A model generated the notes under the pieces. The model saw nothing but the letters and a program-made list of their open reading frames with translations, did no database searches and was not told the DNA's origin. DNA of 64,000 bases from Methanobacteriota archaeon. GTDB taxonomy: Archaea; Thermoplasmatota; Poseidoniia; Poseidoniales; Poseidoniaceae. This document shows, one piece after another, positions 19,046 to 28,600 of this stretch (position 1 is the stretch's first letter; each line of letters opens with the position of its first letter). The stretch is from contig JAAZXA010000064.1 of assembly GCA_014240385.1 (NCBI GenBank), forward strand, positions 28,632 through 92,631, given 5' to 3'. Both the position numbers and the translations under genes were made by a program.

Positions 19046-19422
19046 CCAAAACTCTCTCCGCAACCACAGGAGCGCTCTGCACTAGGATTCTCAATTTTGA
19101 ATCCGCCCCCCATCAAACGGTCGATATAATCGATACGGATTCCATCAAGCATATTGCTTGCATGGTTTGGAATTAGCACTCTGAAGCCTTCAATAATGTG
19201 TTCTTGACAATCTATTTCGGTTTCTTCTACGATTTGTAAATCATACATGTAGCCTGAACAACCACCTGAAAGTACGCCAACTAAAAGTGCTGAAGAGCGA
19301 TCTTCACCGAAAGCATCGGCAAGCATTTTCACCGCGGATTCACTCATGGAAACATTGCATTTGACCACTTGGGGGACCTCAATGGTGATCGCTTCACTAC
19401 TTGGACAGGTACCGCAATCCAT
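19042..19422 (-). CDS. iscA: A-type iron-sulfur cluster carrier (IscA/HesB family)
   Basis: GGCSGYMYDL and C-terminal CGCGESFG. An alternative internal start (MSESAVKML, 19347) would remove an unusual Cys-containing N-terminal extension. Confidence 0.85.
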   Translation of the reverse strand: MDCGTCPSSEAITIEVPQVVKCNVSMSESAVKMLADAFGEDRSSALLVGVLSGGCSGYMYDLQIVEETEIDCQEHIIEGFRVLIPNHASNMLDGIRIDYIDRLMGGGFKIENPSAERSCGCGESFG

Positions 19423-19471
19423 GGTTCTCAGCCTAGGGCAGGAAGAGGTCCTTCTTCAATATGTGCGTTGA

Positions 19472-20824
19472 TTATTCATTCAGTAGTTGGATTTCAAATT
19501 GACAGGAGTCGGTTCCATCAACCGGACAATTTCGTTTTACTGAGATACTTGAATAGCCATGCCTTGATTTCATAATACCCTCAAGTATGCCTTCATCTAA
19601 GTGGCAAAATAGACGCCCTACTTCAGCCCCGCTTACACATGCTTTGGAATCAATAACAGTGATTGAATTTGGAGGGTTCCCCTCTAGAATTAATTCTCCC
19701 ATACCCAATTCATTCCAGATTTTTTGTAGTTCAATATTGAAGTACTCTTCATTATTAATTGATGAGGCTGAGGTTGCAATTTCTTCTCCGATTCTATTGC
19801 CAATATCGCGCATTAAATCATCAAAAGAAATACCCATTAAATCTAAAGTCATATTCTGCGGATTTATTCCGATTACTTCCCCTTTATTTCGTAGTACAGC
19901 ATTCGGGATAGATGATAATTCCCGAATTCCGTCTCTCAATCTTTGATAGAAAGAGCCTTCTCCTAAAACCACTTTAAGGGGTTCAATCAAATTCCCTTGA
20001 AGGATTTTACTTCTGGCGCTGTTTATGTCTATTGCATCGGACCATAAGGAATTGACTAGTTCTCGTTGCGCCTTGTTATAGCCCTGAGATTCTACAACTA
20101 GGGCACTATCATTCTTACCTCGCCCAACAGGGCTCTCCTCAATTGAAATAAATTGAATTGCTGCATCATCATCAAATATTGAAATTCCAGCATTGGAGTC
20201 ATTGCAATGTCTGACCTCGATAGAATCATCTAATTTATCTAAGAACTTGGAATTCTTTTCTTCAAGGACCACAATTACTCTTACCTTCACTCCACGCATT
20301 GCAGCATTGTTTAGGGCATTGATACATCCGCTCCTGACGAGATGTAGAATCCCCCAGCGACCGAGCATCATGATGATTTCCTCTTCTGAATCATCAACCA
20401 TTCTTTCCATTGCTGCTTGGATATGGTAACTATCTTTGATTACAGTAAATGTGGCTTCTTTAACTTCAGGTGGTATGCTGATGAAAGCCTCTGCAGGACC
20501 ACTCCTCAATTCCTCCAAATGGTTTCGAAGTCTGCGTAATTCTGCTTCTTCCCTATTGATTAGTTGATGGAATATTTCTGCAATAGTCAAGCCAGCAAAA
20601 CGCATTGGTTTATCGACAGTAGATTTTATCATTCCTTTGTCCTGTAAGCGCTTCAGGGTGTTATATGCGTCCATTCTACTAACACCTACTAGTTTGCCGA
20701 TTTGGCTTGCCTTCATCGGCGAACGGCCGGCCATGGAAACTGCAATTGTCGCTTCTTTTTCATCCAACCCTGAATCGACTAATCTTTGGATAACTTCTTC
20801 AGCAGGATTTAACATAAGATACAC
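19472..20824 (-). CDS. TrmB-family HTH transcriptional regulator with a C-terminal V4R domain
   Basis: N-terminal wHTH ASQIGKLVGVSRMDAYNTLKRLQDKGMIKS. C-terminal V4R-like Cys pattern (CVSGAEVGRLFCHLDEGILEG...RNCPVDGTDSCQFEI). Confidence 0.75.
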   Translation of the reverse strand: MYLMLNPAEEVIQRLVDSGLDEKEATIAVSMAGRSPMKASQIGKLVGVSRMDAYNTLKRLQDKGMIKSTVDKPMRFAGLTIAEIFHQLINREEAELRRLRNHLEELRSGPAEAFISIPPEVKEATFTVIKDSYHIQAAMERMVDDSEEEIIMMLGRWGILHLVRSGCINALNNAAMRGVKVRVIVVLEEKNSKFLDKLDDSIEVRHCNDSNAGISIFDDDAAIQFISIEESPVGRGKNDSALVVESQGYNKAQRELVNSLWSDAIDINSARSKILQGNLIEPLKVVLGEGSFYQRLRDGIRELSSIPNAVLRNKGEVIGINPQNMTLDLMGISFDDLMRDIGNRIGEEIATSASSINNEEYFNIELQKIWNELGMGELILEGNPPNSITVIDSKACVSGAEVGRLFCHLDEGILEGIMKSRHGYSSISVKRNCPVDGTDSCQFEIQLLNE

Positions 20825-20827
20825 CTT

Positions 20828-23176
20828 TCAGTTCATCTTTTTTTCTTGTTCTTTGAGAAGTAATTTACAGCGGCGTATTTGTTCTTTAGCCAATTTCTGC
20901 TGTTCTTTGGTTAATCCACGAGGAATTGCTTGTTCAAAGCATTTTATTGCATCTGGGAACCTTTCCATTTCTCCATAGGCTGTTCCCATATTGTAGAGAG
21001 TTGCCCCAGTTACCGAGTTTGGCTCAATTAACATAGCCTTGTGGTGATTTTCGATACATTTTGGATATTCTTCAAGATAGTAAAAACAGTTTCCTCTAGC
21101 GTTTAGGATTCGAATTACCATCTTATCATCGTGAGTAAACATCGGTAGTGCCTTATCAAAACATGAAAGCGCTTGTTGGTACTTCTTTTCGGATAATAGG
21201 GCCAAGCCTTTGTTATACCATTCAACATCTTGATTTGCAATTGCATTGGAAGCAACAGAACCAACGGTTGGGATCGAGTTTGCCTTTTGAGTAGCATCGA
21301 GAGCCGCTTTAGCTAAATCTACTTCTGGAGATGGTTCTGGAACTGGTGCTGGAGTGGATTGGGGTCTTGGTTCAGGCATTGTCAGGTCAACGATTGGTGC
21401 AACAATCTCGACTGGAGCCGGTTCAGGTTTAGGAAGTTCTTCTACGATTGTTTGTGGCGGAGCCGCCATTGCTTCGTTAGCCACATCGACAGAAGGTGAG
21501 GCGCCAGAAAGCACCTCGTATTTTTGTCTACACCGCGCCGCCGTAGCATCATCACCAGCCGCAGCCAATGCATTTGCTAATCCAAGCCAATAATCAGCAT
21601 TTTCCGTGTTGACCTTCAATAATTCTTTCCAACAAAGAACAGATTCTGTATGCTTGCCTGCAACGCTTAGGGCTCTTGCCATCAATGGTGTGCCTTCATT
21701 GATGTAAGCGATTGCTTCTTCTGCAAGGGCAGGGCCTTCAGGCATAGTTGGAGGTAATCCACCTGCTAGTTCCAGAACTTTTGCTTCACCTTCTCCAAGT
21801 TCAACCAATAATGTGCCAAAATCCTCTTTTGAATCATGGTTTGGCTCGATTGTAAGTAAGTTTCTCCAAGCGTTTACAGCGGCTTCTACATCTCCAAGGT
21901 CCAAACAAGCTGTTGCTAATGCATAGCAGGCTCTACTGTAGTCTGGCTTCAATTCAACCGCCTTAATGAAACAGTCCACTGCGGAACTCATGTCTTCCTT
22001 ACGCTTGTGAATTGCACCTAAATTATACCAACCTGATGCATCGCTGTCATCAAAAGTTAGAGCATGGGTAAAAGCGTCTATTGCATTATCATTTAACTCC
22101 AATCTCGCCATCGCTCCTGCAGCAACTCGCCAACAGGAAGGGTGTTGTGCTGCATCCGTATGCAGATGTTTCATCAGCATCGCCAAGGCTCCACGAGCAT
22201 CTCCAGAACGGAGTAACCCTGTGGCTTGTTCGCAAAGGCTATCCAAATCAGGGCCAGCCGGTGCTATCTCGGGAGTTGGTACTATTTCTTCTCTAGCAGT
22301 TGCTCTGCTTTCTGCTTCAACAGTAGCTGCTTGTTTTGCAGCAACCAAACCTGCAGCCGAATGTAATTCCCCTTTGTCGAGGTATAAATTGCCATCAGCA
22401 TCATGCAACCTTGCTTCTTCTAAGACCTCTTCACGATCTCTCAAGCCATGTGCCTGCATTGCCGATGCGACATCATCTTCGGACCAAACCAAATCTGCGC
22501 GTTCTGGTGCTGCTTCTGAAGCCTGTGCTTGGCCCATCATTTTGACATCTACATCCTTGGCGCCTGAAACTACACCAACATTTTGGCTGTTGTTATTACG
22601 AACCAAGTCAAGCAATAGGTGATGTCCAGGGAAACTTTCCAAAGCGACTTCAGCCCAACGCTTAGCACCTTGAGAATCTCCCATCCTATCGAGTATAATA
22701 GCCAAGTTTGCAGCCGCAGGACCATGTTCAGGATTCAGGTCCAATGTGATTCCGAAAGATTGACGGGCGCCGCGGGTATCGCCTTGTGCTTCAAGAATAA
22801 CACCGCGATTAAACCACGCCATTTCTGCACCAGGGTCTGCAGCAATCGCCTTGTTGAATGATGCTAGTGCTTCTTTATTACTACCATCACGAGTTAGGGC
22901 TTCACCTTCTGCAATCAGTGCTTCGACTTCATTCCCTTCATCTGCTAAGGTGATTTCTTCGATATCATCCTTGACCTCTGCTACTTCAACTTCAGGAACA
23001 TTTTCAAAATCATCCGGACCCATTGCCCATGGGTCTTCTTCAGGTGATTCAGACTCTGTTTCTTCGATAATCATGCTACCTAAACCTGCACTTTCCAAGG
23101 CATTGCTGGAAATGCTGGAATCATTAGGGTCAGGCGCGGCGGCGGGAATCTCATCTATGGTCACGGTGTGCACCAA
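20828..23176 (-). CDS. TPR-repeat protein (782 aa) with an acidic N-terminus
   Basis: Many 34-aa TPR-like units (W..G.....G....A...F..A....P). Lies 3 nt upstream of the trmB-like gene on the same strand. Confidence 0.7.
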   Translation of the reverse strand: MVHTVTIDEIPAAAPDPNDSSISSNALESAGLGSMIIEETESESPEEDPWAMGPDDFENVPEVEVAEVKDDIEEITLADEGNEVEALIAEGEALTRDGSNKEALASFNKAIAADPGAEMAWFNRGVILEAQGDTRGARQSFGITLDLNPEHGPAAANLAIILDRMGDSQGAKRWAEVALESFPGHHLLLDLVRNNNSQNVGVVSGAKDVDVKMMGQAQASEAAPERADLVWSEDDVASAMQAHGLRDREEVLEEARLHDADGNLYLDKGELHSAAGLVAAKQAATVEAESRATAREEIVPTPEIAPAGPDLDSLCEQATGLLRSGDARGALAMLMKHLHTDAAQHPSCWRVAAGAMARLELNDNAIDAFTHALTFDDSDASGWYNLGAIHKRKEDMSSAVDCFIKAVELKPDYSRACYALATACLDLGDVEAAVNAWRNLLTIEPNHDSKEDFGTLLVELGEGEAKVLELAGGLPPTMPEGPALAEEAIAYINEGTPLMARALSVAGKHTESVLCWKELLKVNTENADYWLGLANALAAAGDDATAARCRQKYEVLSGASPSVDVANEAMAAPPQTIVEELPKPEPAPVEIVAPIVDLTMPEPRPQSTPAPVPEPSPEVDLAKAALDATQKANSIPTVGSVASNAIANQDVEWYNKGLALLSEKKYQQALSCFDKALPMFTHDDKMVIRILNARGNCFYYLEEYPKCIENHHKAMLIEPNSVTGATLYNMGTAYGEMERFPDAIKCFEQAIPRGLTKEQQKLAKEQIRRCKLLLKEQEKKMN

Positions 23177-23262
23177 TTGCTTAACCGCACTGAACTTGAG
23201 ATAAGCATTACCGAATCAAGTTCATCTCAAATTCTTTGAAGTATGTATCTTTCCCACCCTCT

Positions 23263-23808
23263 ATGGGTAGCAAGATTCTCGGTCTTTCAGGAAGTTATGG
23301 GTCAACCTCAAAAAACAGTTTGCTGGTATCATTAGCGTTGAAAGAGGCCGAAAAACTAGGTGCTGAAGTCATCTTTTGGGACATTGCGGAAAAACCTCTG
23401 CCTCTTGTAGGAGAAGATGGATGCTGGCAAAATGAAACGGTCAAGGAATTTCAGGCCTTGGCCAGTAGTTGCGACGGCTTTCTTCTTGCAAGTCCTGAGT
23501 ATCACGGAACTATGTCAGGAGTCATGAAAAATACCCTTGATTGGCTCTACATGGACCATGTGGGAGGCAAGGTATTCGGTCTAATGTCAACATTAGGGGG
23601 GATCGCTAATTCCAATACTCTCAACCATTTGAGAATCTGCATCCGTTGGTTACATGGCTGGGTTGTTCCAGAACAATTAGCCATTGGTAATGTCAAAGAA
23701 GCATTTACTGAAGATGGAGATTTGTCGGATGAAAAGAATACTGAAAGGTTGGAAAAATTAGTTGCTTCAGTAGTAAAACATGCATCATTATTGCGCGATG
23801 GTGAATGA
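23263..23808 (+). CDS. NAD(P)H-dependent FMN reductase family protein
   Basis: MGSKILGLSGSYGSTSKNS... and SPEYHGTMSGVMKNTLDW. The ATG is at 23263; the track TTG start is at 23236. Confidence 0.75.
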   Translation: MGSKILGLSGSYGSTSKNSLLVSLALKEAEKLGAEVIFWDIAEKPLPLVGEDGCWQNETVKEFQALASSCDGFLLASPEYHGTMSGVMKNTLDWLYMDHVGGKVFGLMSTLGGIANSNTLNHLRICIRWLHGWVVPEQLAIGNVKEAFTEDGDLSDEKNTERLEKLVASVVKHASLLRDGE

Positions 23809-23809
23809 A

Positions 23810-24541
23810 ATGCAAACTAAGGCCGACTCGCTCGGTCAAGATTTTGTTTTCATCTCTAAAGGCGATTTTTTGATGGGGAAAGAAGGAAGCGGTGCATCTC
23901 CAACCGAAGGCCCAGTTCAAAAAATAAAGATAAAGAAAGATTATTGGTTTTCCATAAGACCTGTTACTCAAAGCGTTTGGTCGGCAGTCATGGGTTCCAA
24001 TCCAAGTAAATTCCAGCAAGGATTCGAATCGGGATTAAGACCCGTAGAAAGAGTAAGTTGGCTTGAAGCATCACAGTTTGGAGATAAATTATACGAGTAT
24101 TTAGGTGAAGATGGATGGCATACAAAGGGGACATTCAGATTACCTAGTGAGGCTGAATGGGAATATGCTGCAAGGGCTGGAACAACTTCGGATTGGTATT
24201 GTGGAGATGCAGACCATGCCATCCACCAACATATTTGGAATGCAGGGAATTCAGGAGCAAAAACTAATTTTGTCGGCCAAAAAGAACCTAATCCATGGGG
24301 TCTGCATGATATTTGCGGAAATGTTGCTGAATGGTGCTTAGATAATTGGCATCCAAATCATCAGGACTTGCCATTGGACGGGAACCCAAGGGTTGGAGGA
24401 GGCGACGCAGGTAGGCGAGTACACAAAGGCGGCTCATGGTTTACTGAATCTGAAGCAACAAGATGTGGCGCCCGTGCATCTGCCCCAGTAGACAAGTGTT
24501 CAGACGGAATTGGGCTGAGGATTCTTTGGCAAGAATTGTGA
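23810..24541 (+). CDS. Formylglycine-generating-enzyme (FGE/SUMF1) domain protein
   Basis: RLPSEAEWEYAARAG, GLHDICGNVAEWCLD and RVHKGGSW. The ATG at 23810 lies 1 nt after the stop of the preceding gene; the track start is 23780. Confidence 0.75.
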   Translation: MQTKADSLGQDFVFISKGDFLMGKEGSGASPTEGPVQKIKIKKDYWFSIRPVTQSVWSAVMGSNPSKFQQGFESGLRPVERVSWLEASQFGDKLYEYLGEDGWHTKGTFRLPSEAEWEYAARAGTTSDWYCGDADHAIHQHIWNAGNSGAKTNFVGQKEPNPWGLHDICGNVAEWCLDNWHPNHQDLPLDGNPRVGGGDAGRRVHKGGSWFTESEATRCGARASAPVDKCSDGIGLRILWQEL

Positions 24542-24563
24542 ACTAACTCCTCTTGGCCTGACC

Positions 24564-24908
24564 ATGGGAACACTATACCACAATCCTCGCTGCTCAAAAT
24601 CTCGACAGGCATTTCAATTACTAAACGAGAGTGAAATTGAATTTACTGTAGTTGAATATCTTAAACAGCCTTTGACTTTTGATGAATTGAAAAGCCTTGC
24701 ACTTCGCCTTCAAAGTGGAATCCGGAGTTTGATTAGAACTGGAGAAGAAGAATTTTCACAATGTGGTGTTTCCATAGAAGATTTAGATGATGCAGATGTG
24801 GTTGCGGAATTAATTGTCAAGTACCCAAAGTTGATGCAAAGGCCAATTCATGATAATGGCAATTTAGCAGTTATTGGCAGACCACCTGAAGATGTATTAG
24901 GACTCTAA
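24564..24908 (+). CDS. arsC: ArsC/Spx-family thiol reductase
   Basis: N-terminal LYHNPRCSKSRQAFQLL. Size is 114 aa. Confidence 0.7.
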   Translation: MGTLYHNPRCSKSRQAFQLLNESEIEFTVVEYLKQPLTFDELKSLALRLQSGIRSLIRTGEEEFSQCGVSIEDLDDADVVAELIVKYPKLMQRPIHDNGNLAVIGRPPEDVLGL

Positions 24909-25415
24909 AGGCCATTCCACATTTTCCCCTTCCAAGGGTTCAGAATCGATACCATCAAGCCTTTCAGTCATCGTTTGTGAAGGAGGGATGACTCCTGGCC
25001 CAGTTGGCCATCCCTGATCGAATTTAATTTTAAGAATTGCAAGTACTCCCAGTTGTTGAAATTGATTCAGTCCAAGCGCTGTTCGGTCCTGGACGGGGGC
25101 GACTCTTTCATGAAAGAGTGAGTCCATTATTGTGCAAATTTCAGCAAAGGTTCTGCTGCCATCAGATAATTCCCAAAGCATGCTGTTGAGGTCATCGAGA
25201 GAGCGTCTCATCTCTTTTGCTCCTCCAAGTAACTTAAAGACAATTTTTTCTAATTTACCAAATTTTTTCTCAAATCTTAAGACTACTTTTCGGCCTGAGG
25301 TCCCTGCTTCATCAGGAGAAACACCTGCTACTCCTTCCCTACCCCACCAAACAGGAAGTCGTGTAGGGTAGGTAGAGGCCAGTTCGTGCTCTGCTACTCC
25401 CGGAAGTTCTGTCAT
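24897..25415 (-). CDS. PqqD-like domain protein
   Basis: VVLRFEKKFGKLEKIVFKLL...RRSLDDLNSMLWELSDGSRTFAEICTIMDSLFHERVAPVQDRTALGLNQFQQLGVLAI matches the PqqD-family pattern. The probable start is Met10 (25415), directly after the stop of the upstream micro-ORF; the track start is 25442. Confidence 0.6.
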   Translation of the reverse strand: MTELPGVAEHELASTYPTRLPVWWGREGVAGVSPDEAGTSGRKVVLRFEKKFGKLEKIVFKLLGGAKEMRRSLDDLNSMLWELSDGSRTFAEICTIMDSLFHERVAPVQDRTALGLNQFQQLGVLAILKIKFDQGWPTGPGVIPPSQTMTERLDGIDSEPLEGENVEWPLES

Positions 25416-25417
25416 GA

Positions 25418-25591
25418 TTAAATCTCCATCTGCCATGTCCAAATCGCTAAACTAGCCATGCATGCTGAACCAAGTAGGGCGCAAAAGCGCATTAAATTGA
25501 CCTTTTCCGAGAAATTCTTCAGATACCAAGTTGCTATCCCAAGAAAGGAGACGATTACAAAGAGAGCATACCACAAAGGAGGTAATTCCAT
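25418..25591 (-). CDS. Small two-helix membrane protein (57 aa), not in the ORF track
   Basis: My translation is MELPPLWYALFVIVSFLGIATWYLKNFSEKVNLMRFCALLGSACMASLAIWTWQMEI. GGGTGA lies 4-5 nt upstream of the ATG. The ORF fills the gap between the giant gene and the PqqD-like gene. Confidence 0.4.
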   Translation of the reverse strand: MELPPLWYALFVIVSFLGIATWYLKNFSEKVNLMRFCALLGSACMASLAIWTWQMEI

Positions 25592-25630
25592 TGATTCACC
25601 CTATTGCTGTTTATTGATGATGCTGTCGCC

Positions 25631-28600
25631 TTACCATGCTGCTCGACAGCGTGGGCAATTTTCACAGCCTGCTTTCGCAGTCGCTTCTGCCCAAGCACCA
25701 CATGAGGGACATTGGGACCATTGATCATTTGAGGTTAATTCTTGTCCGGTAATAACACAATTGACAGCAGGAAGAGTCGGACCCTCTTCCTGTTCCTGTG
25801 GTGCGGTATTGCCTCCAAGTGAATCGAAGGCACTTGTCAATACACTTACACTTGGTACTGCTAAATGTGGATAAGATGAAATGATCTGTTCATTAGTCCA
25901 TCCAGATGCCAATAATTCCTCACGCGACCATTGTTTTGGTTCTTGAATAACTGGCTCTTGTATTAGCGGTGCAACTTGGGTGATGGGGGGCCCTGAAGGG
26001 ATTGCTTCAACTACTGCGGTTGTTGGATAAGCCTGGTAGTCCTGCTCAATCGGAGAAACTATTGCGGGGTAGTTATCTTCTTCATCTTCATATTCTTCTT
26101 CCTCACTCCCTTTACGGGATAATACGAGTAAAGTTATGACAACAAGAAGAAGAACTACAGCACCACCTGCGATATATTCTGTTTCACCTACACCGCCAAG
26201 AAGACCTGTATTAGTAACTTGTTTTTGTCGCCAATCAGATGAAATTGTCCAACTCGAAATTTCATTATTTTCAATTGATACTGTGATTTGGATTTCACCA
26301 TTTTCATCACTATCTCCCTGTGTTACTCTACAAATTACCTTGTCAAAAGTTGAAGTATGACTTGGAGGGGGTTGTAGCGTTAGAGAATAACTTCCAGCAT
26401 TTATTGGATTACCGTTACAAACAAGTGTCCTTGTGCTTGAAAAATTCAAAGTTATTATTTCGGAAATTGAGGAATGGCTTTCTAATTCAACAGTAAACTC
26501 ATGTTCTTCTCCAAATTTCAGGGATTCACCATCTGTGGGAGCCAGAAAATTAGCAGTGACATCTCTGCGAACATCTGCGATAATGGAGAATTCATATTCA
26601 AGCATTAGTGGTTGATAGAATTCATCTAAGCCACCAACTACGGTTATTTTCAGATTTAATCTGGTGTTTAAAGTTAGATCAGAATCAGCAATTATCGTTA
26701 GCATATATTCCACTTGTTGACCAGCCAACAAACTACTGGTTAACCATTGTCCTGAAGCACTCGATTTACTACCCTTCTCAAGGAGAGTAGTAATGTCAGC
26801 TGCGGCCGGAGTTGATGTATGGTCAATTCTGACCTTCATTTCAGACTCGCGAGTATTTCCTAGATTTAACACATCGAAATAAATAGTGATTGTACCATTT
26901 GTATCCATTCTATATTCACTTTCTTCGGGTGGATAGAGTACTGGTTGACGAACTTGGGAAGTGATAACTTCGTGAATTATTTCATTATTTGTCAAATCAA
27001 TATCTTCACCCTCCCAAGGCTCAACGAAGATGCTGAATTCGAGGCTTTCTCCGGCGATTTCATCTGCCGGTGCTAGAATAAACAATTCAATATAAGCAAT
27101 GTCCATTTGTTCATATGATGGGCTAAGCCTAATTGGTCCTGTAATATTGACACCGTCAACCACAGACCACCACTCCCAAGTCGCAGGTAAATCCGGCAAA
27201 CTCAGAATCGCATCGACCGGTCCATTGCCGTCGTTTTCGATTTCAATATCGAAGCCAGTGCCAAGTCCAGGTGTAATATGGGGGGGCATATCGCTGGCCC
27301 TCAATAACAAATCATGCAGGGTACTAACTCTTAATTCTGAAAACTGGAAAGTACTTGCATTCATATTTGAACGAATGCTGTTGGCCTGAGGAATCAAGAC
27401 AGGACCTGGATCACCTGCTTGGGCAGTACTTGGTGCAGTAATGGTTACAATAAATGTCGCACTACTTCCTGAATTGATAGGGAGGTCGGGGTAATCTTGT
27501 ACATCGACACTCCAAGTTCGCCCACCTTGGACATCAAGGCTGAAAGCAAATGTATCTTGCCGGCTAGCATTATTCCAAAGTGAGAATCTAATTACAATGC
27601 TTTCACCAGGTTCTACTTCCCATCCCTGACTTGGAATATTTTCAGATTCTATTGAAAATTCTGCTGCTGACACCATCGCTGCTGCTGCTGAAACTTGGAT
27701 GCTATCGCTTCTTTCGGGGTCAGTTCTGCTGGTCGCTTGAAAATTGACAATACTTCTAACGTCGGGGGCTTCCCCTTCTGGAACGCTGACCATCATTTTG
27801 ACTAATTCTGGAGTTCCAGGCACAACAATAATTGAAGTTGATTGGTCCCAAGCAAGGCCAAGCGACCAGCCTGTTTTCACATCAAATGGCGAAACTTCAA
27901 GGTCGAAAGTATCACTACTATCACCGATATTTTCTACAGGGACAAAGAATTCACATGAATTTCCGGCAGCACATACAGGTATTGTGGTTTGAGGTTGAAC
28001 AGATGGAATGAAGTCAGCTAAAACTGTGATACTAACATTTCTTGAATCAAAGACACTGCTTTGTTCCATACTCCTGATATCCAACACATATGATTCAACT
28101 CCTAACGATGCGTTCGGACCGGGCTTTATCTTGACATGTAGATTCTTACTTTCGCCTGATGCCACCCTAACTCCATTTTGAGCATCAATATTTGAGCCAC
28201 TCTCATGTGTGTAGATTACTTCCCATTCATCAGGTAAGCCACTAATACTAGGGATGAATTTATCAGAAAGGTTGCCATTATTTTGGATGGCAATAGTTTG
28301 ATCTGACCACTCTTCGCGTTGTGCAGCAGCAGAACCAATGGTGCCTATATCCCAGTCAAATTCGTCTACCTTTGCTCTTTGGTCGAATATCAAAACTATA
28401 TCATCAATCCAATAACCAATCGCACTGCCAGATGAGTCGGATGAAAAGTGGAATCTCAATTGACTTGATGCATGGAAATGCCTAGGTTGCATAGGAATGA
28501 CAGGAGTAGTTTGAGAACCTACAGTGTTGGAGAATGTTTGCCAATTTGTACTTCCATCTTGGAAACTGGCGTCAACTGTTCCTGTCATGCTTCCTAGTTC

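Noticed and set aside
23263-24908. A classical ars arsenic-resistance operon
   Set aside because: Only an ArsC/Spx-family protein is present. There is no ArsB/Acr3 pump, ArsA or ArsR in the neighbourhood. The FMN reductase is shorter than typical ArsH.
24897-25442. The PqqD-like gene as a marker of a RiPP or PQQ biosynthetic cluster
   Set aside because: No radical-SAM enzyme, precursor-peptide-like ORF, protease or transporter typical of RiPP clusters is adjacent. The neighbours are surface proteins.
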